Part shown: positions 24,777 through 39,100 of the stretch, piece by piece | Numbering within the stretch: position 1 is the stretch's first letter | Layout: each line of letters starts with the position of its first letter | NCBI GenBank assembly: GCA_965285935.1 | Contig: OZ260663.1 | Coordinates: 46,128,001-46,192,000, forward strand | Source: Ophelia neglecta | Taxonomy: Eukaryota | Reading direction: 5' to 3' | Length of the DNA: 64,000 bases | The notes under the pieces: model-generated | Databases searched by the model: none | What the model saw: the letters and a program-made list of their open reading frames with translations, nothing else | What the model was told of the DNA's origin: nothing | Position numbers and translations under genes: made by a program

Positions 24777-27700
24777 TTAGTTCCAGTCCTGAACAATTTC
24801 CGCTTTAACCACATAGACCTACTGGGTGGCCAATGCTAGACGCTCTGTTACCAGTGGTCTCTTCCATGATCTGTGACTGTCTTTTCATTAGGCCCTTACA
24901 AATACACCTCGTCACATTTCATATGCTATGATAGTGACAAGCATTCAATTCAAGGACTGTAACTCTTTGACTAGCCCCAAAAGTTCCAATCAATTCCCGA
25001 AACAAAAAAGTGTTCTTAATCCAACTCTCCTCTTAAAAAATCAATAAGGGGGATGCAGTTAATTTTGCCTAACGCCTTGTATTCCTTGCTCAATGGAGAA
25101 CGTTCAAATCAGTTCAAAATAAAGAAACTAATTATAGTTTATGACAATAACAGTGCGCTAGGATAGCTGGTAGGCCTACTACTGACACGATTATAGATCC
25201 TCAGGCCAACTTTTTCAGCATGACTAGTCAAGTATAATTGGAGTCAGCGTGTATTAGAAAATACACCTGGCTATGCAGTGTTCGCTCCAGGAGTTATGAA
25301 TTGCGTTTGACTTTGTACACGTGAACTGGATAATGACTATGGTCATCTGACTGTAGATTTCACGGGCGCATTATGCTTAGTGAGCGGATTACCAAGAAAT
25401 CGCCTAGGTCGCCTCATGGCTATATATTATGCTTAGGACATTTTACAGCGAATGGCCATAGATGAACGAGCTTACTTTATAACAGACACATCTTTTATGT
25501 TTATTCCTATTATAGGAATTAATATTGCATTGACGCAGGTGCAGAAATGAATGGTACGTTTATTCAGCCTGTGATTGATTTGCCCCTGTGCAACTGTCTC
25601 TTGGTTACTGTAGGTTATCTATGATTACCTAGGTCGTTGTAGGATTGTATCTAAATATTTAATAGGCCTATTGGTACCCCTATATTCCTTCTTCGACGCA
25701 GAAGCTTTCGCTTGTTGACGTTTTCATGATGAATATTTTATCCCATTCGCCCTCATAGTAAGTCCCATTTGGATAAGAAGAATTACATACAGATTCTGTT
25801 TTCTGGTTATCGGCAAGCAATACAGGCTGCAATTGGAGAAAAGTGGCATGTATAATAACCAGCGCCCATTTAAGCTATCTTTATAGGCCTAACCTCATCC
25901 TTCATTATTTTGCCACTAACATCCATACCGAGAGGTGATGGAAGTGATGAAGCCTGCATGAAATGGCCTTAACAAGGATCATTCTGATACGCGATCATTG
26001 GACCAAACGACAGGGTACATGGTAAATGTCTGCCTCGTTTGCGTTTTACCGACCATACCTGACGTCACACGGGGCGCGACCTCTAGCGCTGGAAAGTGGC
26101 ATTCATCATCATTTGTGGCTGCGATCTGACTATCAGGTATTCGTGAATTGCCGTTATCTGGTCTCAGAAACTGAAAACCCCTGTCAGCTGCTCCTAGAAA
26201 TAGCGTGGTAATAGACTCTCATTATGCAAATACTATCCATTAGTATTACCCAGGGATAATTATCTGTCGACTTACTTTGAAGTTCCTTCCATTGAAATAG
26301 TCTCATTTGCAAGGTATTAGAAGATGATGGGTTCCATATCTGGTGAGATCCACCATTTTGTACGCCTGCATCCCTGACCCTCGCGCATCACTCACGGATT
26401 TATTTTCCGTTTTCCCTTCACTTGAAATGTATCATTCCGCCTGGAGACCTGTTCTTGTCATGCTTCAGTTGATTTATCGGGATTTACGCTTCGAGTTGTT
26501 CCGGAATAATGGGCCCAACGAGTGAAATTTCCAAATCCTGATCTATAGGGCTCTAAACAGCCACGCGTAGAAGAGTAAAGAATCTCTGTTCCTCAATAAT
26601 AAAATCCTGCTGATGATGTCCCTTGTCTGTAAGTTTCGCTGCACGTGTTCTCGTGCCTACACTCCGCCTCGCAATTCTGTTTTAATCAGGAGTTGGACAC
26701 GTTCACTAATTACTCTAGGCCGTAATTTGTCACATCCAAGCATTTCTTCATATTAATTAAGCTGGTTGATAATTATTCTTGTTGCCTTTATTTTTGATAG
26801 CGTCAAAGCATTTCAACGGAGTGTGTTGGTTTGCGGTTTTTGATACGACAACGCGAAATGACTTTTTAGAAGCGCATGTAGCTCTATAAATAAACATTAT
26901 CCACTTATCGCGTTACAGTTTGCACTTTCAAGGGGCTTGAGTATTTTCGGTTTTACTTTCATCCGAGGAGTTTTTGCGCATGACAAGTGGGCACAGTTGG
27001 CAGCAGGAAATCAAATCGATGTTTCGGGAAGGTTGTGTGCGCACGGCTAGATAGACCTCTTTGATACCTAATGAATATAATTAACACTGGAAGGCGTTGC
27101 TAAAATTCATTAGGAATCAGTCGTGTGAACTTTTCAAGAGGAATCATTTGGATCATTACTGTATGCGGGGTGGTAGATTGGCAAGCTTTTGCCGAGACCA
27201 CGCGAGCGGCTCCTTGTTAAGCAGTTCTCCTTATTACTCTTTCAGAAAGAGGCGACCTGATTAGTTCTAAGTATACGTCTGAGACCATAAGAAAGCAGAT
27301 TGGCGGCACCCGACAGCCGGCATTAAACCATTGGTTTGTACCTTTAATAGCAGCAGTAATGTCATTCGGAAAAATATCACCGCCAGTTCATGGGGTTGGA
27401 TTCATATATGGATGCATATCTATATGTATGAAAATTGTTCAATGCATATAGTGGTGCCAAATTATATGTACCCAGTCCAATGTTTATTTTGTTTACTTAT
27501 TGCATTTTTTATTTGTCAACTGTTTTACAGATGCTTGTTCACATAGGCAAAGGGAGAAAAATTATCAATAAGTGAATACGCATGTAAAACAAGTTTCGTC
27601 ACCTATCAACATCAGGACAGCGAGCCAACTGTTTATTTGCTTTGTGGAAAACATAGAAATTAAAATATATCACGCACAGAAGGAAAAAAGTCATAGACTT

Positions 27701-30700
27701 AGAAAGAATTGAAATAATATATAACAATGTTGTCATGAATGATAAGCAAATTGACCATAAAAGTAGGATGTAAATAAGAGTTGATTAGCTTTTTATAGTG
27801 GAAAGGTTAGGAGTCTTAATACTTCAGGTCGCGGATTCAGCCAAAAAAGAGGCTAATTTTTCGTGTGGGGGGTGGGGGTGGGGTGGGGGGGGGGTTATGG
27901 AGATGGGCTAAATAGGAGTTTTATTAAATGTCTTCTTTTCAATGGTGTAATTCAGCTTACTGGTGAACATTTCCTTTTCGTCGTCTGAGAAGCAAGCTAA
28001 CTGGTATCATTTTAGTACCATGTTAACGAATCATACGTAACATTTATAGTATTGCATACTGCTAAATTTTTATAGACAATAGGTTTCTCTTAACCTAGGT
28101 TTATTTTGTTAATTCGTGATTAACTGTACTTTTTGCTTTTTATTTCAAAAAAGTCTGTGTCTTTATAATTTAAATTAGGTCAAAGAACCCATTTGGGCGC
28201 GCATCAATAACATCAACGGAACAAAGAGATCTAGAGTGACTCATTATTTCATTCTTGATAGTGTATTGACTGTGATGTATACAGCAAAAAGTGTATCTAA
28301 AACCAAACGATCCTCTGTCTCACATGGAAACTTGACCAAGTCGTGAATTGGGTTTTCCTTTTAATTGGTTTACTTACAAAATTCACTTTCATTTAAGGTA
28401 AAAGACTAAACACAGCCTTCAGAAGTGAATTAGTAAAGGAATGTTGTAGGCTGAACTACACCTGGGACACATGAAACTGTTTCTTGTTTCCCAGAGTACA
28501 CAGCTGTATGTTTTATAACCACAGTTCCATTGTTAGGGAAATTGTAGCATGGCCAATGCATACCTTGTAAAAATACCTTGCCATTGCATGGCCGTGAAGT
28601 TGGAACAGATATATGTTAAGGTGTAAATTAATCAAAATAATTATAACTATGATTGATCATTCGGTAAGTATTCTTTAATATAAAAAAATCACCAAATTTG
28701 CATTGTTTGATATGTGCTATACTGCTGACCTATCATTGACTATACTACTCGATAAGAGTGGTGTTGATTTTATGTTTCATCAGTGTTTGATTGACTATTT
28801 TACCCTTTAGTCTTTTGATATCATATTTTATTAAAGCATTCTTAATGGAAAAAAGATAATGTGGGGCATTTTCACGGGCATGCATTTGCTAGATGAAGTG
28901 CTGTATTGATATCAAATAATTTCGATTCACATTGAACTATTTATAAATACCATTGTTTATCACGGGCAATTAAAGTGCAATTAATATCTAAATGTTCCCA
29001 GTCAACATCTTTCAGACCAAATTAAGACTATTGTAACTAGTATATCGTCATTAAGACCAGCTAGATTAAGCTTTTTTTTATGTACAATGTGCATGTATTT
29101 GAATTGTTGTATATGACAAGGACAAGATATTTCTGTAAATAATCTAAGGTAAAAAGAAAATCCTTTATTTTGAGTAGAATACAAACTTTTATATTCTGAT
29201 TTTGAATTTGTGTGGTTTCCTTGAAAACTTGTTTTAATTTGTTCTTTGATTTTATTGAAAATGATGATTAATTGGTCCTGAAATTAAGGAGATATATTAT
29301 AAATTGGGAAAAAAATAGAACGTTTATCACTTATACAAATTATTCCAATTTCCTAGAAAAAAAATGTAAACTAATGTAGATGAATTTAATAATTATTAAT
29401 TCTGATTCTATTCACTGGCTTCTGAATTTATTGAATTCAGGTCATTGAATTTTGAAAAAACTCTCAAATTAAATTCAATTTATTTACTTTTTAAAAATAT
29501 AAATTACTTAAATTCATTGTATGAATTTGTCCAGACCTGTGAGGCACGAAACATGAAAAAGAAACTAGATCTTCCTGACAAACAATTCTTTTAAAAGGAA
29601 AGCAATCTGTAATTTCTTGGTATTAAAATATACTTAAAAAAGATGCGGCAGCGAGGGCTGTACATGCTGTTTATCAGATTTAATTTTGAAATTGGATATC
29701 TAGATCTTGATATATTTTTTGTATCTGTATATTTTTGGTCCTAGAAAACCAGATCGATGTACTATGTTTTCCTACTTGGTCTGCGCTTTTTAGTGGTCAA
29801 CATTGAATGTAGGCCCTTGTCTTGTAAACACCTGTCAATGTAACGAAAACAAGAGATTAAATGATATGTCTCAATGGACGAAATATAGCAATATGATATC
29901 ATTATTTGTAATACTCTTGCTTTATATAATATGTGCTTATTGGATTATTATAATTATTCACTTGAAGTCGTCTGTACATCTTAATTCAGTAAAACTGAAC
30001 AAAAATTGTTCTTTTAACCACGTAAATTGATGCCGGGCCATTGGGAATTATATATGATTGTGTTCATTATTTTGGAAATGTGTTCTGTGCTATCATGGCC
30101 AGTGTGGCTCAGCGCAAAGTGATTCCTCGATCAAGGTAACGCGCATACGCTGATTCCAAAATGGCCACTGCACAACTTTGATCTAAAGTCAACGCCCATA
30201 TAAAAGTTCATGTATTAAGAGTAGGTGTAAAGGGTGTTCCCTTGAACAAAGCATCCAATGTCCGACTTTTACCCACTTTGAAGCTCAAATTTGTTTTATA
30301 TAAATCAAACTAAGCAGCAATAGATTAGATAAGATCAATATTTAGCATTAGGAAATGTTATCCTGATATAGCGGTTAAATCTTTGCCTCCAAAATTCACA
30401 GCTAATGCATTCATTGTAAAGCTTGACATTCACGAGAACATACTTTTATTGCAGTTCCTATCTAATTTATTATTTTCTTTCGACTTGAATGGACCGAAAA
30501 CACTGAAATCACAATCACAAGCAGAATGGGCACAACGGCCAATTTGGTACCAGGGCAACCCGCGTAACCCAGGGATATATACACTGTGTCAGTAGCGTTC
30601 TCCTTAATGCTGTCTGTCGACTCAAGTTACAAATCATGCAATTTGTAGGCTTCAGCGTTAAAAAAAAAAACAATAGCCTACAGCATCTTATCATCAGTTT

Positions 30701-33700
30701 TTTTTTTATATAATAGGCCTTAATTCATTTTATGAATAATCCAGATGCAAACACAAAGAAAGGCTAACAATATCTTTGCGTCGATACCCGCCCGAAGGAA
30801 TTTAGAAACACGGCTACTTCGAGCAGTTTCTACAACTTTAACCATTTCAACTCAGAATATCTGTAACTGAAGTGTTATCGGCCCTCTGTAGAGGGTTGTA
30901 GTGTTGAAAGTCAAATATGATACGGATTAGTCTTGAAGTTAGCGTGCGCAAAAAAACAAATTTCTGGTCAAAATACCAGTCACTTATAATGAAATAGGTA
31001 TACACTTAATTTGCCACATGCCTTCTTCTAGAACAGTATAAAGCTAAGAAGTATGTTTGAGAAAATTCTGAAAGGAGTCGACTATATATTTTCTCAGTGC
31101 CTAATTTGTGCTGCCAGTTTACGCTTGACAAGTTCTCTCCGACGAGTGGCTTTTCCTCTAACCCATATCGGACGGCCTGCATCAATCAGAAGCTGGACGT
31201 CTTGACAGGAAGTGAGGGCCGACGCAAATCCATCTTAGATAGCCCGCTAACAATACTTTTATATTGGCATTCATCATTTACTGGTGGTTGCAAATCAGAA
31301 CGTCTGAGATTGATGGTTAGGATGAAATGCTTTGCGATGGAGCTCAGCTCGAAGCCGGCAGCCTTGCACGGTTATCCAGCTCCTTCCTGCAGAATGGCCG
31401 ACAGAAGCCGCCGCCTTTACTGGTCGTCCGACTCGAGCCATTGGCGGCCATATTGGTTTAGAAATAGACCTTAACATTTAGATGTGTTTGTCAGTCTAAG
31501 TGACCCGTGTACTGATGTCTCAATCAACTTAATCATATAGCTTTGGGTATCATGTGTTAGAAATTCTGTATTCATTTGTATGATGTCGATGGCTATCAAT
31601 GGTTAACGGCTTAGCCGATCTCCTCCACCCCGATGTGAACTGTTCAGTGTGTAGCCATATCTATGGAAATTTATGACAATATAATTATCCCTACGCGTTA
31701 GAACAATTCTTTCCGCATTCACGCTAAGGTACAGGGGGCTTTAATACCACTACAAATATTTCTGCCATACATTATATTGATTATATGGCCATGGTGTCCT
31801 AATTATGTTATGTCTCAGTTTCCATCTATATGCCGACCAAATCCGGATAAGAGAGATCAATATAGGACGATTCCTTAATGCCATTGAACACATGTACACG
31901 ACTCGACTAACCTTGCTCTTCCCTGTTTCAGGGACATGACATGTCTAGCTGAGGCAGGTGCACAGCCTCAGCTAATGAGCAAGCATTGAGAGTCTTGTTT
32001 TTCGGATGCTTTTCAAAGGCGGAGTAAAAATGAAGATAACCTTCGGGTCAATTATCCCTACATTGTTCGCGCTAACTCCTCTATATTACCTTCTACGTTT
32101 CTCCTGTTATAAGTGTGGTTTTACCGCAATTGATTCGGAGTTTCAATGCTCAAAAACTTTCAAACAGTCACAACTAAAACATGAAAACCATGAAATCCTA
32201 ACAAACAAAAGCAAGACAAGTTTCAGCAAGTGATGACAAAGGCGACTTGCCTAACTTAATTATCAGTATCCGAGATACCTCAAACTAGTAGTATGTGACT
32301 ATAAGACTTGATTTCTCGATCTCCCTGGTCGGCCACTCCTTCTGCCATCACTGCGCAGCCCGGGTGCGCAGCTTCATTGGAGGCACTGTTGTTTGATAGA
32401 TCGCGAGTTCTATCTCATATGTAAGAAATGTGAACTGGTATTCACATTTTACATACATTTTAATATGGGAACACCAACTTACCACACTTTCAGCATAACC
32501 GATGCAAATAAAAAGTTAACACCATTCTGAGTGGCACACAATAAACACACACAAGCCCACAATAACTTAAACCACATTAATTGATCTTCTCGATTTGACA
32601 TGTATCTGTACAGGATTATTTGCACATTGTTTCGAAATTGTAACGCCCTCAATTTGCCCCAAATCTTGAATTACTCATTGGCTAAATGGCACATAAATAA
32701 TAACATTATTTATGTGTTTACTTATAGGCCAAAGTCGTTTTTGTACTAGATGTATATGCAAAGCTTCTCATCATGATCGACTCTGGTACCATCAGCGCCG
32801 CCGTCGGACAGCCATCAGCGCCTCCAAGCGCCTGAAAAGAGCTACCTTAGATTCAGAGAACTAAACATTGATTTTCAGAAGTGCGTCTCATCTTTTCAGT
32901 TGGTCGTCAAATATTCACGTGTAGATATGTGAGACTGAACGTTGGCCAGAAAGATGGGATCAAAGGCAGACACTAGCCGGGGACTCCAGCAAAATACCAG
33001 CCTCTCGAGCAGCACCGGGCGAACAGGCAAGGCAATGGCATTACAACGTCAAACAGCCACGGCGACGGCATTGAAATGTGGAAAGGTCAAGCCAATGACA
33101 AATGGGAACAGAATTACAACAACGAACTGGCAAGGCAACGGCCTTGAAAAGTCACCTACAATTAAAGCTAATGACATTCTGGCTCAAGTCATCGTCTGGA
33201 GTTGTATTATCTAATAACGCTCCTTTGTTGTCTTGGGCAGTCAAGGTCATGGCAAAAACAACATACTGAGCAAGATGTCCCCGAAGTGGACTTCCTGATA
33301 TCGAGGGGCACCAGAACCATATCAGTGGGAAAGAATATTTTTGTTCCTTACAATTATATAATCGCTATTGACTTGTAACTTGCATTAGACAAGCAAACAT
33401 CACTGAATATATTTCAGCACTTGAATCTCTCTCCACATAACTCTGGTGTCGTTATATCTCCTTATTGCATTAACCAACCTCATTTCAAGAAAAAAGGTTC
33501 AGAGAAAGAAAAGTAATTGACTGTCTTATTTGGTTATCGCTTATTGTCCCTATAAATCATCATTTCCACAGCCTCAACAATGGCGATCATTCGGCGACAC
33601 TTCCCGCTTCACTCGGAGCTAGAAAAGGATGCTTGAGGCTTCTTTGGGGTGAATTTTAATTTATTCCAGCACCACTATCACAGTAAAAGGCTTTTAAAGG

Positions 33701-36700
33701 TAGCAGAGTATTCGCTGTACGACTTGTTTGATTTAAGGTATAGCTTCAATTAGGTCTAATTAGGCCTGAGCCAAATACACACAGCATCCATTATATTAAA
33801 TCAGGATTCCATCTGTTGGTGAAAGGTCTGCTGTAGTTTTAGATTAATTGGAAGTTCGGGCCTAACCCGTGCGTCTTGGTTGCTAGTGGATAAGCAGTTA
33901 TTACTGTTCTCATAACTCAACTCGCACGGAATGAGCCTGAATTATTTATTGAGTGTGCTAGTGAAATTCGCCACTATTCTCCAAATTACCTTACTCACGA
34001 ACGACCACGCACATGAGAAGTTCCCGCTCGCGGCCAGACTCTGGTTAATATTCCTAATGATCCAACTGGTGGTATACATGGGTTTTTTTTGCAAAGCAAT
34101 AGCAAAATGTTCGGCCTCACTGTTTATTCAGAGTTTGGAGAAGGATAAACTCCCTCGGTAAAAACCCACACGATAAACCCGAATTGTTTCGGTGCAATGA
34201 AAATTTAGTCACGTATGAAATTACCGAGAAACATAGACGCCTACAATTTAAGTTAGCCACATTGAACCTGATTCCTGCGTAACTGATAATCATTAGAAGC
34301 GGAAAAGGGTAAGGGTATGAATCAACTTGTCCTGTCATCAGAGGCCGCCTGTCCATCGGCAAAACCTTACCAGCCACTAGGTATTGCTGATTAGAAACAA
34401 GTGCTCGTCGGCTGACGGTGGGAGGATGAATTCACTGGTTGCCATTATTGTCATATTTTCAGACAAAGCACATGTCACTTATCGCCGTCCGCTATCCGAC
34501 AATGAACGAGTCTGCTAACCGGGACTATAATTTCACAGGGCGCCGTGTAATCTCGCGAGAGTCATCCATTCTTATCACGTGTCCTCCACCGCGAGAGTTG
34601 AGCTCATAAGCCTATTAGCGCCGAGTTGTACGAGTGAATATGGCCGATTGTGTTGAATCCAATCCGAGGCCTGCCATTAACCGCTTATATTTCGAAACCT
34701 ATCACGTTTTCCTTCTGCTCTTCTCTTTTAAGTGCAGTTAGAAGCAAAGCTAGGTACAAGTGCTATTGTTTATGTGAGACGCTGAAGAGAAGCGCTGTGT
34801 CCCACGCTTTGTATCTGGGTATTTTACGACCAAGCGACGACAGAGGCGGAATCCCAAATGAATGGCTTTTTAAAGTCGATGGCAGATTTGGAGAGATGGG
34901 CACCTAATGGAGGTCTCGGGTCGTGCCCCCCATGTGCATCTCTGTTCCTGCTCCAATGAGATAACGACCAATGAACGTGCCAAAGTCGGGAGCAGGGGGA
35001 TAGAAAGAAACAAACCGCCAGCCAAAGCCTGCTCTCCGCACGCTGGCCTGCACGTATGTCTATAAAGGATAATTTCTTGCTCCTAAGAAATAATGCAAGG
35101 CAGAAAAAATTCGTCTTGGACACAATATCCTATAGACCAAATATCCAATCGGATTGATTGGTCATTATGGTGGTGTTTCCATGGCGGTAGCCATCCAACC
35201 AGTGACAACTGGGGTCTCTAGTCGAATATCTAAATTGCCAGCTTTATTTATTTACAATCGAGTTTAACAGCGCTTTTGAGTTTGTCTTCAACATTTTGCA
35301 TCTAACTTAAGGAAAAAAGTGCATGCAGGAAAGCATTTGCGGTTAGGATAAGTATACGAAGTCTAATTAATGTTCGCGTTTTTTGCCTTTAGTCCCTAAC
35401 ACACATATTGACTTCCTTCTGGTTCTCAATAACATAGATCTACAGCTGTTATATTAAGAAAGAATAGCATTTTGAATTTTCTAAGTGAGGATATTGGGCT
35501 AGAGGAGTACGCAAAGAGACACGAACATTGTTCAAGGGACACCAAAGACACTGTCCCCGCCAGCAGAACCTAGACTGGAACTAATCTTTTTTTAGACCAT
35601 TGCGTTGTCTTGATTTGGGAGTAAGGTATTTATATTCTACCCGGTGCTTACCAGCTTTGCTTTTTAATATAATGTTTGCCACCCTATCGACAAATTTGCA
35701 AGGCTCGACTTATGAATAAATGGACAACTAGCCCCTTGTGCTAATAGATTAATATTACTACAGCATGTCTCAAATGAAGTTCAACTGGTCCAACTGCTCG
35801 AATTTACAAATAATAAAAGCATTTAATATATACATGATGTATCACTTTATTCATTGGTTCCCACAGACACAACTGTTGTCCCTACACAAACTGATTATTT
35901 ACAACAGCTTTGTTCCAACTTCAACAAAATATACACTGGCCACGTAGAGATAATTTTTGGTGGACGAAGGCCAGTAAGGGCCCACAATACATTGTAAGAA
36001 ACGAGATCAGGGGAGAGTTCTGGTAACAGAATACAAAATTGACAAGACTAATTTGTGTTTCATTATGGATAATAGTTTATCAAACTCCTAACGCCGCTGT
36101 GGAAATATCTTTTCTGAAATAATATATTATATATTAGAGTTTTTATATATGGTTGATAGTCAACAAAGAAAAATACCTTCGGTCGAATGTCGCAGTGGCC
36201 ATACGTGCTATAACAAGTTAGAGACAAAGGTTGGATACACCCGCAGGTGTTTATTCAAATATGTTAAAGGAATGACTTATAAAAAGAAAAAGATCAACCG
36301 GAGCACGAAATCGATGTATTTGTGAATATGTTCTACTGGGAATTCCATTCCACCCGAGGTAGGCATTCAGGAATCTTAAGATTCAAAATGGCGTGTTTTT
36401 GAACAACTGCACATAGATCAACTGCTACACAAGGGCGCTATATTAGGGGAGAATATTATGTAAATTTAAATACATTATGATCAAGAGTAGCACGCTAAGT
36501 TGATAGTTTTACAATATTTCACTAAAATAGTCAGTTATAGCTTAAAATGGTTTGTTTCATGCGTATTCAGAATACATTTTTTTCAGCGTGGTGTACATTC
36601 AAATGTTGAGTTAATACGCTATATTGCTGTTGGAAAAGATTTTGTGATGTATCGATTGTTACCACATGGAATATGTCTGGCTTTCCCATTTCAAAGTCAC

Positions 36701-37169
36701 TCCATCAACTCGTCTTTTTTAATGCAAGACCTTGTACGCAATATAAAGAGCGCTATGCTATCACGGTATCAACTGCACATGTATATCCTTCTTTAAACCA
36801 CCTCTTTGTCGGTCATTTGGTGGTAATTCTACCCAGGTTTCCTGTAAGCCTCGATCGGGGTTGGTTGGTCGACAAGGGCATGACCACAGAATGGCCATTG
36901 ACTTTCCATAGGCCCTAGTCTTTTAGCCCTTCATTGCTGGTATTCAGTAAATCAGATTTTCCCCGGCAGAACTCGAGCCAGATATTGATTTTTTAAGACT
37001 GGAGAATCTTTGCAGAAATCATTCCAATTTCTGAACAGTAATGGTATGAAAGAACGCAGTAAGCGCCGACATAGTTCTATAAAAGGCCCTACTGCATTTA
37101 AGCACGCCTCAGTTGTCACTTCCTGTAATATCGCTCTATGATTAACTTCCGGTGGCAATGGTGAGCACT

Positions 37170-39100
37170 TTAATTTATTTTATTTAAATAAAATATCTTT
37201 AGACTGGATAGATCTACCAGCAAGCGGTCATTTCATCGAGGTTAACAATCGGTCATTACTATGAATAAAATATAAATACAAAACAAGTATATTATTCTAT
37301 ATCTTCAATTTAAAAATCCAATAAAATAAGACAATAAAAAACACATGCAAGGTTACACGTTCACAAACTTACAAAAATACATTACACCCATGCATACATA
37401 CAAGCACTCTGAGTTTACTACCTTGTAAAATAGTCTAAGAGGGTTATATTTTAACTATTGTAGCTACATATTTCCCGGGCATGTCCTTCCATAGTTATGG
37501 TGCTTATTACTTAAATGAATTTCAGGCCAAATTACAACGCCCTAATTTGTTGTTAGCCCTGTTTCTGGTACTCCTTTCTTGTAGTTCCGAGAAGGGAGAT
37601 ATACTATCACACAAATAACTAGGCGCTAAGCCATGAATAGATCTGAACACCGAAAGCAGTGTAAAGTAATCCCACCGCTGTCTGACAGTCATACCACCTC
37701 CCGAGGTTTTCTAAAAGAACAGAAGCACTTACATGTATACCTCAATCAAAATGGCCTGTTATGCGACCAGCTGCACTGTTTTGCACGCGCTGTATTTTAT
37801 TAAGATTCGCTGCTTCAGTATATCCCCATAGACTTGTATAGCACTTAGTCAAAATGCGGCTGAACAATTGTATTATTGTATATTTTGACAAATGTGACAC
37901 AGTATATTTTGTCACGCAATCTAAACAAAATGCCTATTTTAGGTGAAACTATTGAACATAGATTATTTGGATGAACTTTTCAATTGGGAGTCTAATACAG
38001 AATAGATTCATGATACTGAGTATCGTTCAGACCCTTTATTTGGTTACAATCAGTATTCACTGTCGCAGATAACTTAACACCGTAGGACGTTCCTACTTTC
38101 ATGATACAACATTAAGCAGGAATTACTGATAAGTTAATGACCATTTTAGAACATGATTTGTACTAGCCTGCAGAGAGCTTCCCGCATCTTCAAACGTATC
38201 ACTCATTACATAAATAGCAGTATCATCAGCAAAGATTTAACTGAATGCTCGAGAAATCGATTGAGAAAGATCTTTTATGATCAGCAGAAACAAAAACGGT
38301 CCTAATACTGAACCCTGCGGTACACCGTGAGAGGAATTAGCTAGGGCACCTAAGCAAATATGGCAAAATAATGTTGCTTGCTCCGGAACGGAACAATTTA
38401 TATGAAAACAGGAAAGTTATTGTATATGTAGGCTTTCATAATATCGCATTGCGTTTTTCATATCTGCCCGAGTATCTACTCCAGGACTGCCATATCTTCC
38501 CGAGCCCACAGGACGAGGGAAGATATGGTCACCCGAAGGTAGATCGAGAACAGATCTGAAAAGAGCAGTGTGATTTTTAATTATCACACTCTTAAGAATA
38601 TTATAAGGAAGCATTAAATTTACCAATGGATGAGGCTCGAAATTGTGTGAATTCAATAGCAGGGAATTTACCTCATATCCGGTAATTAAAGTATCTACTT
38701 CGGCCGGATTTAAAAGCTTCAAGCGACCGAGATGAAGATGTTGTCTTCGAATTTTTGCTCCGTGTGGGCCGCACATTTTGCATATTTAGTTTTTTACGGC
38801 TTTTGTTCGCATTCTTCATTTCGTCAACACCTTTTGTTATTCTCACATTTTGACAGCTATCGCGGAAAGTAATGCTGAAAACGACATTGTACCTGACGAA
38901 AGTCACATCTGCAATAGGGAGGATTTACCGTGGGCAGATATGACTTTGACGTCACCGGCATTGTTTGCCAGATGTTCCAGTATATTCCACAAATATCTCA
39001 CTATAAAAATGAAGATCAGTCTTCAAAACTTCGACTCATATCTTCACGGGGTAGTGATACAGCCTAATACGTAGTTCTAAACTTTGACAAGTGAAGAATA
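37170..39100 (-). mobile_element. Degenerate L2/CR1-group LINE, ORF2 reverse transcriptase through to the 3' end
   Basis: Colinear minus-strand motifs: RITKG (about 38840), GVPQGSVLGPFLFLL (38326-38282), FADDTA (38233-38216), VLDSQL (about 38000), KIQRVQNSAAGRITG (about 37798-37754), VFRSIHGLAPSYLCD (about 37650-37607), LWKDMP (about 37495). Interrupted by stops and frameshifts. Confidence 0.9.

Noticed and set aside
31097-31474. 125-aa ORF after an acceptor-like tttctcag
   Set aside because: No recognisable homology and no partner exons; better explained as an enhancer-like GC-richer island.
32792-32813. RE1/NRSE-like TCAGCGCC-N6-GGACAG near mir-124
   Set aside because: Mismatched left half, non-canonical spacer, part of a local ccatcagcgcc duplication, and REST is not established for this probable invertebrate.
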